Shown here piece after piece: positions 10,251 to 20,331 of a stretch of 64,000 nt of DNA. The notes beneath the pieces are model-generated. The model had not been told where the DNA came from. It did no database searches and was given only the letters and a program-made list of their open reading frames with translations. The stretch is from Alphaproteobacteria bacterium (GTDB lineage Bacteria > Pseudomonadota > Alphaproteobacteria > SHVV01). A program made the translations under genes and the position numbers. Numbering within the stretch: the first letter of the stretch is position 1; each line of letters opens with the position of its first letter. The stretch lies in contig OZ253470.1 of NCBI GenBank assembly GCA_965261735.1, positions 4,160,001-4,224,000 of the forward strand, written 5' to 3'.

Positions 10251-11923
10251 CAGCGATTCGCCTCGGCAATTTCAAGGCATTCGGGGCGACCCAACGGGTG
10301 CCTTTGAAGCCCCTCACTCTAGTCTTTGGCCCCAATAGTGCCGGCAAATCGAGCATTATTCACAGTTTGGCGCTCGCACACGAGGCCCGTCGAAGCGGAA
10401 ATCTCGACGCTTTCCGGACCGACGTCGGCGGCACATCGATCGATCTGGGCGGCTTTCGCCAGTATGTGTTTCGCCGCGACCCTTCCCATCGTGTCGAGTT
10501 GGCGATGGAAATCGATGTCTCCAAGCTCTCTGGACGGTTGGCAGAAATACTGGCGCCCATACGCACCGCAGCAGTGTCGGTCAATTTCGGTTTACCTGTG
10601 GATGATCACGGTTATGCGCCAAGCGACGCATTGACTGAATTAGAGAGTTATAAGGTCGAAGGGGATGGGTCCGATCTACTACGTATGAGCAGGCGCCCAG
10701 GCGGCAATCTCCATCTTGATCGTCTGGCGAACGAACATCCAGTGTTTCGCCAAGTCCTCAAGGCGATCGTCGAGACGGGCACTACCACTTCCGAACTCAG
10801 GAACGAAGACCAAAAGGTCCTTGATGAGACCATCGCCGACCTTATTCCGATGCTAAAGGTCAAAGCCGGGCGTTTTCTCCCAGATGGAATAGAGGGCACT
10901 TCGGAACAGGCCGAGAGTGGGGCCGCCGAAGCCATGCTCTTCCCCGTCGGTCGCGGCAGCAGATCAGAGGATCTGGCCGGTGCAGTTCGCTTCTATTTGC
11001 CGCGCATTCTGAATGAGTTGATCGGTGGGCTGGATCATGAGGTCGGTGAACAGATAGAGCGGCTTCAATATCTAGGGCCGCTTCGCTCGTACCCGCCCCG
11101 CCATCTGGCGTTTTCCGAACACGACGACGCGAACTGGCACGCCGGGGGCGGCTATGCGTGGGACGTGCTCCGGCGAGACTGGATGGTCAGGGAGCAAGTC
11201 AACAAGTGGCTTGGGGCTAATTGGCTCAAGACCAACTACCAACTTGTGCTACGGGAATTTGTCGCGATGGATCAACTTGACAAACCGCTTTCAACTGCAT
11301 TCGAGACCTTTGAAGGCGACGACCAAGTCCTTGACCTTGAGGTAGATTACGATCATTCGAGCGGAGAACCTTCAGGTCAATACCCGGTTATTAAAGACGC
11401 TGACGAAGCAATATCTCGCATCCGAACGTGTATCGAAATGTCCGACATCGACAAATTAGCGGAGTTAATCCTTGTCGATCAAAGCACGGAGACCGTGGTT
11501 AGCCACCGGGACGTCGGCATCGGCATCTCGCAGGTTTTGCCGGTCCTTGTCTCGTGCTACGGCCTTCGCGACCAGATCGTCGCGATCGAGCAGCCGGAGA
11601 TCCATCTGCACCCAGCGCTTCAGGCCGAGCTAGGCGATGTCTTTATTCAGTCGGCGCTCGGCGACAATAACAATGCCTTCGTTCTAGAGACCCATTCCGA
11701 ACATTTGATCCTCAGGATCATGCGCCGAATTCGCGACACCGCCGATGATAGACTCCCTTCCGGTGTTCCTGCCGTCAAGCCCGACGACGTTTCGGTGATT
11801 TTTGTTGAACAAACGAAGGTGGGAGCAATCGTTCGGGTGCTCCAACTCGACACCGACGGCGAGTTTACCGATTCCTGGCCAGGCGGTTTCTTTGAAGAGG
11901 GCTTCAGAGAACGGTTCACTTAA
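10244..11923 (+). CDS. ABC/AAA ATPase with C-terminal DUF3696-like region (defence-associated)
   Basis: LGNFKAF, Walker A GPNSAGKSS, DVGIGISQVLPVLV, IEQPEIHLHP, ETHSEH, DGEFTDSWPGGFFEE. Confidence 0.88.
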   Translation: MLTAIRLGNFKAFGATQRVPLKPLTLVFGPNSAGKSSIIHSLALAHEARRSGNLDAFRTDVGGTSIDLGGFRQYVFRRDPSHRVELAMEIDVSKLSGRLAEILAPIRTAAVSVNFGLPVDDHGYAPSDALTELESYKVEGDGSDLLRMSRRPGGNLHLDRLANEHPVFRQVLKAIVETGTTTSELRNEDQKVLDETIADLIPMLKVKAGRFLPDGIEGTSEQAESGAAEAMLFPVGRGSRSEDLAGAVRFYLPRILNELIGGLDHEVGEQIERLQYLGPLRSYPPRHLAFSEHDDANWHAGGGYAWDVLRRDWMVREQVNKWLGANWLKTNYQLVLREFVAMDQLDKPLSTAFETFEGDDQVLDLEVDYDHSSGEPSGQYPVIKDADEAISRIRTCIEMSDIDKLAELILVDQSTETVVSHRDVGIGISQVLPVLVSCYGLRDQIVAIEQPEIHLHPALQAELGDVFIQSALGDNNNAFVLETHSEHLILRIMRRIRDTADDRLPSGVPAVKPDDVSVIFVEQTKVGAIVRVLQLDTDGEFTDSWPGGFFEEGFRERFT

Positions 11924-11925
11924 AG

Positions 11926-12894
11926 GTGTTGGAATTGTTTTACGAATACGCGATCACGCCAGAAGTTTTCGACCCAGCCTTCTTAGCAGAAAACGGGGCG
12001 AACCCTGTGGTTATCACTCAGCTTCTCCGTGGAATTTGCGAAAACGAAATGATCGCCGTCCTGCATAAGAACGGATGGAGCAGAGACATTGCACAACGCA
12101 TTGGTAGTGTGCCTTCACAGAAAAACAGAAACAAGCTCATGACGTTGTTGTCGGGTCTCAAGGACCGAAATCGGTTGGTACGGCACCCAAAAGGACCGAA
12201 CCATCCAAACGACAAATTGGAATGGCTGGTATTAGCTCGCGAAGCTCACAATCGTGCGCCACTTGACGCGCTCATGCTCACCCCTGAATTGCTCAAGATT
12301 AGTGGCATGAATGATGAAATTTTGATTGAAGTTGATAGTGCGTTGGATTCGCGGGCTTGGCTTGCTCGAAAACGATCCGAGACAATCAAACAACGAGAAG
12401 AGGATTATCGAGGCTTGTTTCCGAAAATCCTGCGTCACTCAAAACGGCTTTACCTCATCGACCGCTTCTTCAGGCCCGAACTGCGTCAATGGACTGACAC
12501 GATTAAGATTTGCGACTCATTGATGGGGCAACGTGGCGGAGAACCGCTTCAGGGCATTATCGAGATACACACTGGCGATCCTTCAAAGCGATGTTCGCCT
12601 CAACACGAAGCGGCGGCATGGGAACGTTGGAAGAGAGCGGAGTTCGTTCCAAATTTCCGCCACACGTTGTCAGTCGGGATGTGGAAGAGATGCGACGACG
12701 GCAAACGCGTACATGACCGCTTCCTGATAACGGATCAGGTGGGGTTCTCGATTGCTGGTGGATTGGATTGCCTAAGGCCGCCATTTGGCACTCCGTCCGA
12801 TACGATCTGGACACTGATGGATGAAGAGGAGCGACAGCTTTGGCTGAGCAAGTTTAGGGCGGACACAAGCCCTTACGAGAAAATTGAACCGTAG
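11926..12894 (+). CDS. hypothetical protein with PLD/nuclease-like HDR motif
   Basis: LYLIDRFF and RVHDRFLITDQ..FSIAGGLD; starts 2 nt after the ATPase stop. Confidence 0.75.
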   Translation: MLELFYEYAITPEVFDPAFLAENGANPVVITQLLRGICENEMIAVLHKNGWSRDIAQRIGSVPSQKNRNKLMTLLSGLKDRNRLVRHPKGPNHPNDKLEWLVLAREAHNRAPLDALMLTPELLKISGMNDEILIEVDSALDSRAWLARKRSETIKQREEDYRGLFPKILRHSKRLYLIDRFFRPELRQWTDTIKICDSLMGQRGGEPLQGIIEIHTGDPSKRCSPQHEAAAWERWKRAEFVPNFRHTLSVGMWKRCDDGKRVHDRFLITDQVGFSIAGGLDCLRPPFGTPSDTIWTLMDEEERQLWLSKFRADTSPYEKIEP

Positions 12895-13046
12895 CAGCGG
12901 TGAGCGAAATGTGAGGCGGCCTCGCCTTTTCGGACAGCTTGGCGGCTGAGTTAAGGTGTGACAACTTACAGCCCAAAAGGGCTATCTACACGAACATATA
13001 CAGCGTTGCTCAATCCTCCTGATAATTACGATGTTACAATAGCTTG

Positions 13047-13158
13047 GCCTGTCCGCCATCAAAACAAATGGGACTGTTAACCGTGTTTCATAAGGGAGGA
13101 TCTGGCTCATCTTTGTTTGATGTTAAGCCGCTTGGCGTTGATGGCCCAAGCGGTGGTT
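13047..13158 (+). repeat. ~112-bp inverted repeat, left copy (pairs with 17121-17232)
   Basis: GCCTGTCCGCCATCAAAACAAATGGGACTGTT...AAGCGGTGGTT is near-identical to the reverse complement of 17121-17232. Confidence 0.9.
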
Positions 13159-13320
13159 TTGGGTGGTCAGTTTTTGATCCTTTTTCCCTTTTTGTCAACG
13201 GCGGCGGGAATATGTACCGGGGCGGCGCTGCAAAAATGATGGAGTGGACGCCTCCTCCCGACGGCATCTGCATGTGCCAAGGTGGTGTTGTAGTTCGACC
13301 CCCTGAAGGAGGAGGCATCC

Positions 13321-14343
13321 GTGGAACAGGTTACCATCGTCGGGATTGATTTGGCGAAGCGCAGCTTTCAGCTTCATGGTGCTGGGGCGGACGGCTCTGT
13401 CGTGTTCCGCAGGAAGCTGAGCCGGGAGAGATTGCTGGACTTTCTCGCTTCTCAGCCGCGCTGCGTGGTCGCGATGGAGGCTTGCGCGGGCGCTCACCAA
13501 TGGGGCCGCGAGATCGGAGAGCTCGGCCACGAGGTGAGGTTGCTCCCGCCGGTCTACGTCAAGCCGTTCGTGAAGCGGCATAAGAACGACATGGCGGATG
13601 CAGAGGCGATCTGCGAGGCGGCGCAGCGCCCGACGATGCGCTTCGTGGCGGTGAAGACGAAAGAACAGCAGGCCAGGGGAATGCTGTTCCACACGCGCGA
13701 CCTTCTGGTGCGCCAGCGCACGCAGACGATCAACGCGTTGCGGGGCCACCTGGCGGAGTTTGGCGTTGTCGCGCCGCAGGGACCGGCTCATGTCGATCGG
13801 CTGGCATCGGCCCTCCAGGGTCCAGGTTCAGGGCTGCCAGGATCGGTCCGTGAGCTGGGCGCCCTTCTGCTCGATCGGATCGAGGACCTCGATGCGAAGA
13901 TCGACGGATTGAGGAGGGAGCTCCGCGCCCGCGCGTGTCAGGACGAAGAGGCGGCACGGCTCATGACGATCCCCGGCATTGGGCCGATCACCGCAATGGC
14001 AATCCAGGCCTTCGCACCGCCGATGGAGAGCTTCCGACGCGGCCGCGACTTCGCGGCCTGGCTCGGGCTCGTGCCGCGACAGCACACGACCGGCGGCAAG
14101 CCAAGGCTTGGCAGGATATCGAAGATGGGCCAACGCGATCTGCGGCGGCTGTTGATCACGGGCGCCATGGCTGTGGTCAGCTGGGCGGCTCGGCGTGGCG
14201 CGACGAACGACCCCTGGCTGGCCAGGATGCTGGCCCGCAAGCCGAGAATGCTGGTCGCGGTGGCGCTGGCCAACCGGATGGCACGCATCATCTGGGCGCT
14301 GACAACGAAGAAGGAGAGCTACCGGGCTCCCGCCGCCGCCTGA
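13321..14343 (+). CDS. IS110-family DEDD recombinase/transposase
   Basis: VGIDLAK, VAMEAC, KNDMADAEAI, IPGIGPITA, AAWLGLVP. Confidence 0.96.
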   Translation: MEQVTIVGIDLAKRSFQLHGAGADGSVVFRRKLSRERLLDFLASQPRCVVAMEACAGAHQWGREIGELGHEVRLLPPVYVKPFVKRHKNDMADAEAICEAAQRPTMRFVAVKTKEQQARGMLFHTRDLLVRQRTQTINALRGHLAEFGVVAPQGPAHVDRLASALQGPGSGLPGSVRELGALLLDRIEDLDAKIDGLRRELRARACQDEEAARLMTIPGIGPITAMAIQAFAPPMESFRRGRDFAAWLGLVPRQHTTGGKPRLGRISKMGQRDLRRLLITGAMAVVSWAARRGATNDPWLARMLARKPRMLVAVALANRMARIIWALTTKKESYRAPAAA

Positions 14344-14399
14344 GAGGACGGCGAAAGGCGGAGAGCCGTCGGGGATGTGGGCAGGTCGGAGGACAGGTA

Positions 14400-14590
14400 A
14401 GGGCAAACGGTCAATCGAGACGGGATCGGGAAAACCAGTCGTGGTACACGGAGCTTTCAAGCCCGCAAAAATGATCTTGGACCCGGTCCGCGCATCTCCA
14501 TACAGGCCCGCGGCGTCAAACCAGCCGCATCATGAGGCCGGACAGATGACTGCACCTGACCGCATGTGCCGAACCGTCCGAAGAAAGGCT
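14400..14590 (+). ncRNA. putative seekRNA/bridge RNA of the IS1111-type element (ends approximate)
   Basis: Contains CGTGGTACA and GCAAAAATG (match the two target halves) and CTCCAT and ACAGATGA (match the donor circle junction). Confidence 0.7.
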
Positions 14591-14750
14591 TGCATCAACG
14601 GAGGCGTCCACAGATGTACCACGGGCTCGGTGGTAGCTTGTCCGCATAGTCCATGGGAGGGACCCGCGCGCGGGGCGACGCGCCCTCCGCGCGGCTGGCG
14701 GCGGCCCGCGCGTGAGAGGGGCGTGTGGGCCCACGCGGGCAAGCGGGGGG

Positions 14751-15515
14751 TTATTCGGACGGTTGCCGGCGTCGTGACCGGCTCTGCTTGAGCCGGTAGC
14801 TCTCGCCGTTCATCTCCAGGATATGGACATGGTGGGTGATGCGGTCGAGCAGCGCGCCGGTGAGGCGCTCGCTGGCGAAGACCGTCGTCCATTCCTGGAA
14901 GGGCAGGTTTGAGGTCACGATGGTGGCGCCGTTCTCGTAGCGCCGGCTGAAGACGTCGAACAGCAGCTCGCTTCCGGTCTGCGACAGGGGCACGTAGCCG
15001 AGCTCGTCGACGATCAGGAGATTGACCCTGGCGAGCTGGGCCTGGAGTCGGAGCAGCCTCTTCTCGTCGCGCGCCTCGATCAGCTCGTGGACCAGGTGGG
15101 GGGCGGTGGCGAAGCGCACGCCGAGGCCCTTCTGGCAGGCGGCGAGGCCGAGGGCGAGAGCGACATGGGTCTTTCCGACGCCGCTCGGGCCGAGCAGGAT
15201 TACGTTCTCGCGGCGCGCGATGTACTCGCCGCGGGCGAGATCCAGCACCAGCATCTTGTTGAGCGCCGGGATCGCCTTGAAGTCGAAGCTCTCGAGCTGT
15301 TTGACGACAGGGAACCCGGCCTGCTTGATACGCCGTTCGACGAGGCGGCGCTCGCGGTCGATCAGCTCCAGCTCCACCAGCCGGGCCAGGAACTGCACAT
15401 GATCCAGGCCCTCGGCCGCGCACTGGCGCGCCAGTTTCTCGTATTCCCGCAGGAAGGTCGGCAGCTTCAGCCTCTTCAGGTGATGTTCGAGCAGGATGCG
15501 GGGGGCCTCAGCCAT
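14751..15515 (-). CDS. istB: IS21 helper ATPase IstB
   Basis: GPSGVGKTH, LLIVDELGY, TSNLPF.EW, ALLDRITHH. Confidence 0.95.
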   Translation of the reverse strand: MAEAPRILLEHHLKRLKLPTFLREYEKLARQCAAEGLDHVQFLARLVELELIDRERRLVERRIKQAGFPVVKQLESFDFKAIPALNKMLVLDLARGEYIARRENVILLGPSGVGKTHVALALGLAACQKGLGVRFATAPHLVHELIEARDEKRLLRLQAQLARVNLLIVDELGYVPLSQTGSELLFDVFSRRYENGATIVTSNLPFQEWTTVFASERLTGALLDRITHHVHILEMNGESYRLKQSRSRRRQPSE

Positions 15516-17010
15516 GGCCGGCCCCTCCGGCCAGCAGGATGGCGTAGTCGGCGCTCCGCGTGGCGGCGACGAAGGGCTGGGGCAGGTGCGGATAGCGCGA
15601 CAGGTCGAGATGCACGGGCCGCCTCTCGATGCGCGCCAGCAGGAGATGCTTGACCGCATCGAAGCCGATCAGGCGCCGCTTCACCGCGTCGCGCACCGCG
15701 GCCGCCACCTGCCGTTCCGGGAAGTCTTCGTGCAGGCGCAGCACCTGGATGTATTCGCGCTTGCCGCGCGGGCCGAAGCGGGCTTCGAGGAGGCGGCGCA
15801 GCGTGTCGAAGGCGGGATCGAGCTTCCATCCCCGCAGCGGCGCCGCCTGGTCCAGGGCGCCCGGCTTCTTCTCCAGCAGCGACAGATAGTGCAGCGGGTC
15901 GTAGATGACGTCGCCGCGGACATAGGAGCGCCGATGGCGGGCGACGATCTCGGCGCCGAGCGCGATCTCGACCCGGTCGACATAGCCCTTCACCATGACC
16001 TTCTTGTGGGCGTGCGCCGCCGGCGCCGAGTAGTCCACCAGCCGGTAGCGCACCAGGGCCGTGGACGAGATCTGGCCCGGCACATGCTCGCAAGCCTCGA
16101 AGGGAACCGCCGGCAGATCGCGCAGGGCCTCGAGATCGGCCAGCGCCGCCGCCGCCTGCCCCCCTGCCTCCAGCGCGTCGAGCCGCTCAAGGCAGCGCGC
16201 CAGCAGCCGCTCGTTCAGGACCGACAGGTCATGCACCTTCGGGATCGGCACCATGAACCGGCGCCGTGCCGTCTTCACCAGGGCCTCGACCTTGCCCTTG
16301 TCGTTGCCCTTGCCGGGCCGGCCGAAGCGGTCGCGGAACAGGTAGTGCGATTGCAGATGCGTGAACGCCTGCGTGCGCCGACGCGTGCCGTCGCCCAGGA
16401 TCCTCGCCACCGCAAGCGTCGTGTTGTCATAGAGGATCGATCGCGGCACACCGCCGAGGAAGGCGAAGGCGCTGACATGGCCGTCCAGGAAGGCCTCCGT
16501 CGTCTCCCTCGGATAGGCCTTGACGAACCAGACGTTGGAATGGGGCAGGATCAGGCAGAAGAAGGCAACCTTCTCCCGCCTGCCCCCGACCTCCACCACC
16601 GCCTCGCCGAAGTCGACCTGGGCATGGCCCGGCGGGTGATGCAGCGGCACAAAAGCCTCGCGCGTCGACTGCCGCCGAGCCCGGACATAGTCCTTCACGA
16701 TGGTATAGCCGCCGGTGAACCCGTGCTCGTCCCGTAGCCGCTCGAATATCCGGTGCGCCGTGTGGCGCTGCTTGCGCGGCACGTCCGGATCCGTGTCCGC
16801 CTCCAGGATCGCGTCGACGATGCCGGTGAACCCGTCCAGCTTGGGCCGCCGGACCGGCTTCGTCCGGCGGTAGCCCGGTGGCGCCGAGTAGGTCAGCATC
16901 TTCTTCACCGTGCGACGGTCGATGCCGAACCGCCGGCCCGCCTCGTGATGACTCAGACCCTCGTCGACAACCGCCAGTCGAACCGCCGCATAGAGCTCCA
17001 CGCCGTACAT
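15508..17010 (-). CDS. istA: IS21 transposase IstA
   Basis: KQRHTAHRIFERL, AQVDFGEA, YDNT, KGNDKGKVE. Confidence 0.95.
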   Translation of the reverse strand: MYGVELYAAVRLAVVDEGLSHHEAGRRFGIDRRTVKKMLTYSAPPGYRRTKPVRRPKLDGFTGIVDAILEADTDPDVPRKQRHTAHRIFERLRDEHGFTGGYTIVKDYVRARRQSTREAFVPLHHPPGHAQVDFGEAVVEVGGRREKVAFFCLILPHSNVWFVKAYPRETTEAFLDGHVSAFAFLGGVPRSILYDNTTLAVARILGDGTRRRTQAFTHLQSHYLFRDRFGRPGKGNDKGKVEALVKTARRRFMVPIPKVHDLSVLNERLLARCLERLDALEAGGQAAAALADLEALRDLPAVPFEACEHVPGQISSTALVRYRLVDYSAPAAHAHKKVMVKGYVDRVEIALGAEIVARHRRSYVRGDVIYDPLHYLSLLEKKPGALDQAAPLRGWKLDPAFDTLRRLLEARFGPRGKREYIQVLRLHEDFPERQVAAAVRDAVKRRLIGFDAVKHLLLARIERRPVHLDLSRYPHLPQPFVAATRSADYAILLAGGAGHG

Positions 17011-17120
17011 CTCGTGCCCCTCGTCGCAACCGACAAGGGACCATGAGTGGCACAATTTTGCGCCGCCGCGACCGGACCGCCCGGCCGCCTCGCGTGGAGC
17101 ATTATTCCTCCGCCGTTAAC

Positions 17121-17232
17121 AACCGCCGCTTGAACCATCAAAGCCAAGCGGCTTAACATCAAACAAAGATGAGCCAGATCCTCCCTTATGAAACACGCTC
17201 AACAGTCCCATTTGTTTTGATGACGGACAGGC
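17121..17232 (-). repeat. ~112-bp inverted repeat, right copy
   Basis: Reverse complement of 13047-13158 with a few substitutions. Confidence 0.9.
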
Positions 17233-17292
17233 AGGCCCGCGCGGAAGCACCTTGATCGCCCAGCCGGAAGCGCCTTGTTCGAGTGCGGGGCG

Positions 17293-18621
17293 CTAGGCCG
17301 CGCGCTTATCGAAACGCCGGGTCCGCCTGCGGCGCTTGCGGGGGCTCGGTGCCGGTCGAGGCGCCGCGCCCTTGCCGTTATTGCCCGACGCGGCCACAGT
17401 CTCGTCCGGCGCCTCGCCGACAACCCGCAATGACTCTTTGATCAACCGCTCGATCGCGCGCAGTTGCGGCCGCTCGCTGGCATCGCAGAACGAGATCGCG
17501 ATGCCCGCGGCGCCCGCGCGCGCGGTGCGGCCGATCCGGTGAACGTAGCATTCGGGCTCGTTCGGCAGCTCGTAATTGATGACGTGGGTGACGTCGTCGA
17601 CGTCAAGCCCGCGCGCGGCGACATCGGTGGCCACCAGCACCCGCACTTCTCCGGTGCGGAAGTTTTCGAGCGCCCGTTGGCGCGCATTTTGGGACTTATT
17701 GCCATGCAGCGCATCGGCACTGACCCCGCCAAGGGCGAGCCGTTTGACCACCTGGTTGGCGCCGCGTTTGGTGCGCGTAAATACCAGCACCTTTTTGAGA
17801 TCGGGTGCGGCAAGAAGCTTGGCCAGAAGATCGCGTTTCGAGGCCGTGGCGAGGTGATGGACGTGTTGCTCGACGCGCTCCACCGCCACCCTCTTGGCCG
17901 CGATTTCGACCCGTTCAGGCTCGAACAGGACCTCGCCGGCGAGCTTCGCAACCTCGGCCGGCATGGTCGCCGAAAAGAGCTGTGTCTGCCGCTCATCAGG
18001 CAGCATCGCCACGATCTTACGCACGTCGCGGATGAAGCCCATGTCGAACATGCGGTCGGCCTCGTCGATGATGAGGTATTCGCACTGGCTCAAATCGGCG
18101 CGGCGCTGCTGCGCGAGATCGAGAAGCCGGCCCGGCGTGGCAACCAGAATGTCGACGCTGCGGCGCAGCGCCTCGATCTGGGGCCGCTGGGGGACGCCGC
18201 CCATGACGACCGCCTGGCGAAATTGCAGGTGCCGCCCATAGGTCTTGATGCTGCTGGAGATCTGTAGCGCGAGTTCGCGCGTGGGCGCGAGAATTAGCGC
18301 TCGCGTCGTCCACGGCGAAGCCTTGACGCCGTCTTCGACGAGGTTCTGCAGAAGCGGCAGCGTGAACGCCGCTGTCTTGCCGGTGCCCGTCTGGGCGATA
18401 CCGAGCAGATCCATGCCGTCCAGCAGGTACGGAATGGCGCGACGTTGAATGGGGGTGGGGGTGTCGTACTGCGCGTCTTCAAGCGCGCGTAAAAGCCGCT
18501 CGGAGAGCCCGAGTTCGGCGAAAGCTGAAACTGTCAAAGATACAAATTCCTTGTTACGGAGACCCGGCGCGCGCGGAGGCGAGCGATCAGGGCTAACCGT
18601 GTCCTTCTTTTCCACGCGCAC
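17293..18621 (-). CDS. rhlE: DEAD-box RNA helicase (RhlE-like; start may be ~18536)
   Basis: AQTGTGKT, PTRELA, TPGRLLD, DEADRM, SAT, HGNKSQ, ARGLD, HRIGRTAR. Confidence 0.9.
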   Translation of the reverse strand: MRVEKKDTVSPDRSPPRAPGLRNKEFVSLTVSAFAELGLSERLLRALEDAQYDTPTPIQRRAIPYLLDGMDLLGIAQTGTGKTAAFTLPLLQNLVEDGVKASPWTTRALILAPTRELALQISSSIKTYGRHLQFRQAVVMGGVPQRPQIEALRRSVDILVATPGRLLDLAQQRRADLSQCEYLIIDEADRMFDMGFIRDVRKIVAMLPDERQTQLFSATMPAEVAKLAGEVLFEPERVEIAAKRVAVERVEQHVHHLATASKRDLLAKLLAAPDLKKVLVFTRTKRGANQVVKRLALGGVSADALHGNKSQNARQRALENFRTGEVRVLVATDVAARGLDVDDVTHVINYELPNEPECYVHRIGRTARAGAAGIAISFCDASERPQLRAIERLIKESLRVVGEAPDETVAASGNNGKGAAPRPAPSPRKRRRRTRRFDKRAA

Positions 18622-18842
18622 TTAGATCAGACGGGGATTGGATGAAATATCCTCGCGGTAATAAGCCCGTTTCGACGGGCAGATCGCGCGACCGCGAGGA
18701 ACGCTGCCTTTCAAATGAGCCCTCCCGCCTCGAAAGTCAAGGTGTGGGCCGAAAATCGGATCGTCAAACGTCGAGCACCAGGTCGGTCGTAAGGGGTGCG
18801 AGTCTCGCATGGCAGTGATGTCTGCGGCTTGGTTCGTTGAGT

Positions 18843-20211
18843 TCAGGCAGCGATTGCCATGGCTGCTGCACGTGGACTGATGTTGTCGTTGGCCGGTGTG
18901 TCGGTTGCGCTGATCAGGGCCTTCCATGCGCGCTCGAAGCGGCCGGATTTGATCAGGGCGCGGAAGGTCAGAACAGCCTGTCCGCCGACGATCCGCCAGC
19001 GCATGCCGGAGCGCTTCATTTGCTGTGTCACCAGGGTCTTGTTGGCAGCCTCGACCACGCCTGAGCCGATGGCGATGCCCTCTTCCTTCAGGGCGTGGTA
19101 GCGCATGCGATGGCGATGCTTGCGGAAGAAGGCGAGTTCCCGCTCGGTCTCGGCCCGGTCCGGCGCAGCGGCGGCATCGCGAAGGTGGCGCAGCGCCCGG
19201 ATCACCTTGGCGACGCCACGGGGATCGTGACGGAGGATCTCGCGGTACTTCTCGAACCAGCCGGGCGCCACGGCATGGTCGGACGCGGTTTGCAGATGTT
19301 CGCAAGCATGCCAGAAGTCGATCACCTCGGTTTCGGGCGACAGGGTCTCCAGGAAGGTCCAGTTGTCGGCGGCGCCATCGGCGATAGCGACGATCCCGAT
19401 CTCGGGGCGTGCTCGCCTGATGTGTGCGACTTCGCTTGCAAGCTGCGCCTTCAGCGTGAGCTTGCCGCTCTCCGGCATGCGGCCGGGATAGAGGGTCTTC
19501 AGGCGCTTGCCCTCGGCGTCGTGGAAGGGAGACCGTGCCGCAGGCGGCCTCGCGCAAGGAGGCCTTGGCGCGACCGTCCTCGCCGGGTCTCAGCGGCACC
19601 ATGACGCCGTCGAGGGAGACCGAGGCGGTGGTCGCGTCCTGCGGTATGCCCTCGGCCTCACGGATGCTGCCCAGCGTCTCCGGGCCGAGGCTCTCCCAGC
19701 ATTCGTGCATGCTCAGGGTCAGGCGCTGCAGGGTGCTCACCGACGGCGTCATGGCGCCGGTCTTCGCAAAGAACGCCGCCGCTTCCCGGGCCGTGCAGTG
19801 ACCCATCATCAGCAGACCGAGCTCGGCCGCCGGCCGCGTCAGGTAATCGTCGACGAGGCCCAGGCTCTCGTCGACCGGCACCGGCGATGCCCCGCTCGCG
19901 CCGCTGCGGTAACGCGCTCGCCGGTAGGTCACCGGACCGAGCGAGGTCATGATCGTCTTCGGCGTCACCGCGACCCGGAACCAGCTCTGCCCGTCCCGCT
20001 CGATCCGGGAAGCGCCATCGTCCCGGTTCTCGATGACGGCGCCCATGACATCGCGAGCGAACTCGTTCGTGGCCTCACGCACCCGCAACTCGACCTCCTC
20101 GGGCGCCTCGGGGCGCGGCTCGGAACAACCAGGTGGTGAAGTGCCCGCTCGAGGTTCACAAGCCTTGATGGCGAAACATATCTGACGCCTCCAACCGGTG
20201 CATTTGGGCAA
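18843..20211 (-). pseudogene. ISKra4/ISLre2-like (UPF0236) transposase, frameshifted
   Basis: SLDGVMV, ADGAADNW, DFWHACEHL, IGSGVVEAANK...KRSGMRW; extra C near 19530 breaks the frame. Confidence 0.8.
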
Positions 20212-20331
20212 GGCTGGACTGTTGCGATTATCTTTACGTGGGAGGCTCCGCCGTGAAGCCGCGGTATTGTCGTCCCCGTGTTGGTGTCATGGGGCAGCCT
20301 ATGCCGTGAAGAAGCCCGGCAGCGGTGCCGG

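Larger units (their letters stand above)
13239..14616 (+). mobile_element. IS110-family (IS1111-type) element inserted in the IS21 end
   Basis: Sub-terminal 12-bp IRs GTGGACGCCTCC (13244-13255) and GGAGGCGTCCAC (14600-14611); shared ATG core; no TSD; long 3' non-coding region. Confidence 0.9.
13193..17121 (-). mobile_element. IS21-family element carrying a nested IS110
   Basis: Ends TGTCAACGGCGGCGGGAAT (13193) and TGTTAACGGCGGAGGAAT (minus strand from 17121); istA-istB inside. Confidence 0.9.

Noticed and set aside
12911-12960. IS3-like terminal sequence (TGAGGCGGCC..TTTTCGGACAG)
   Set aside because: Under 50 bp with no partner end or transposase.
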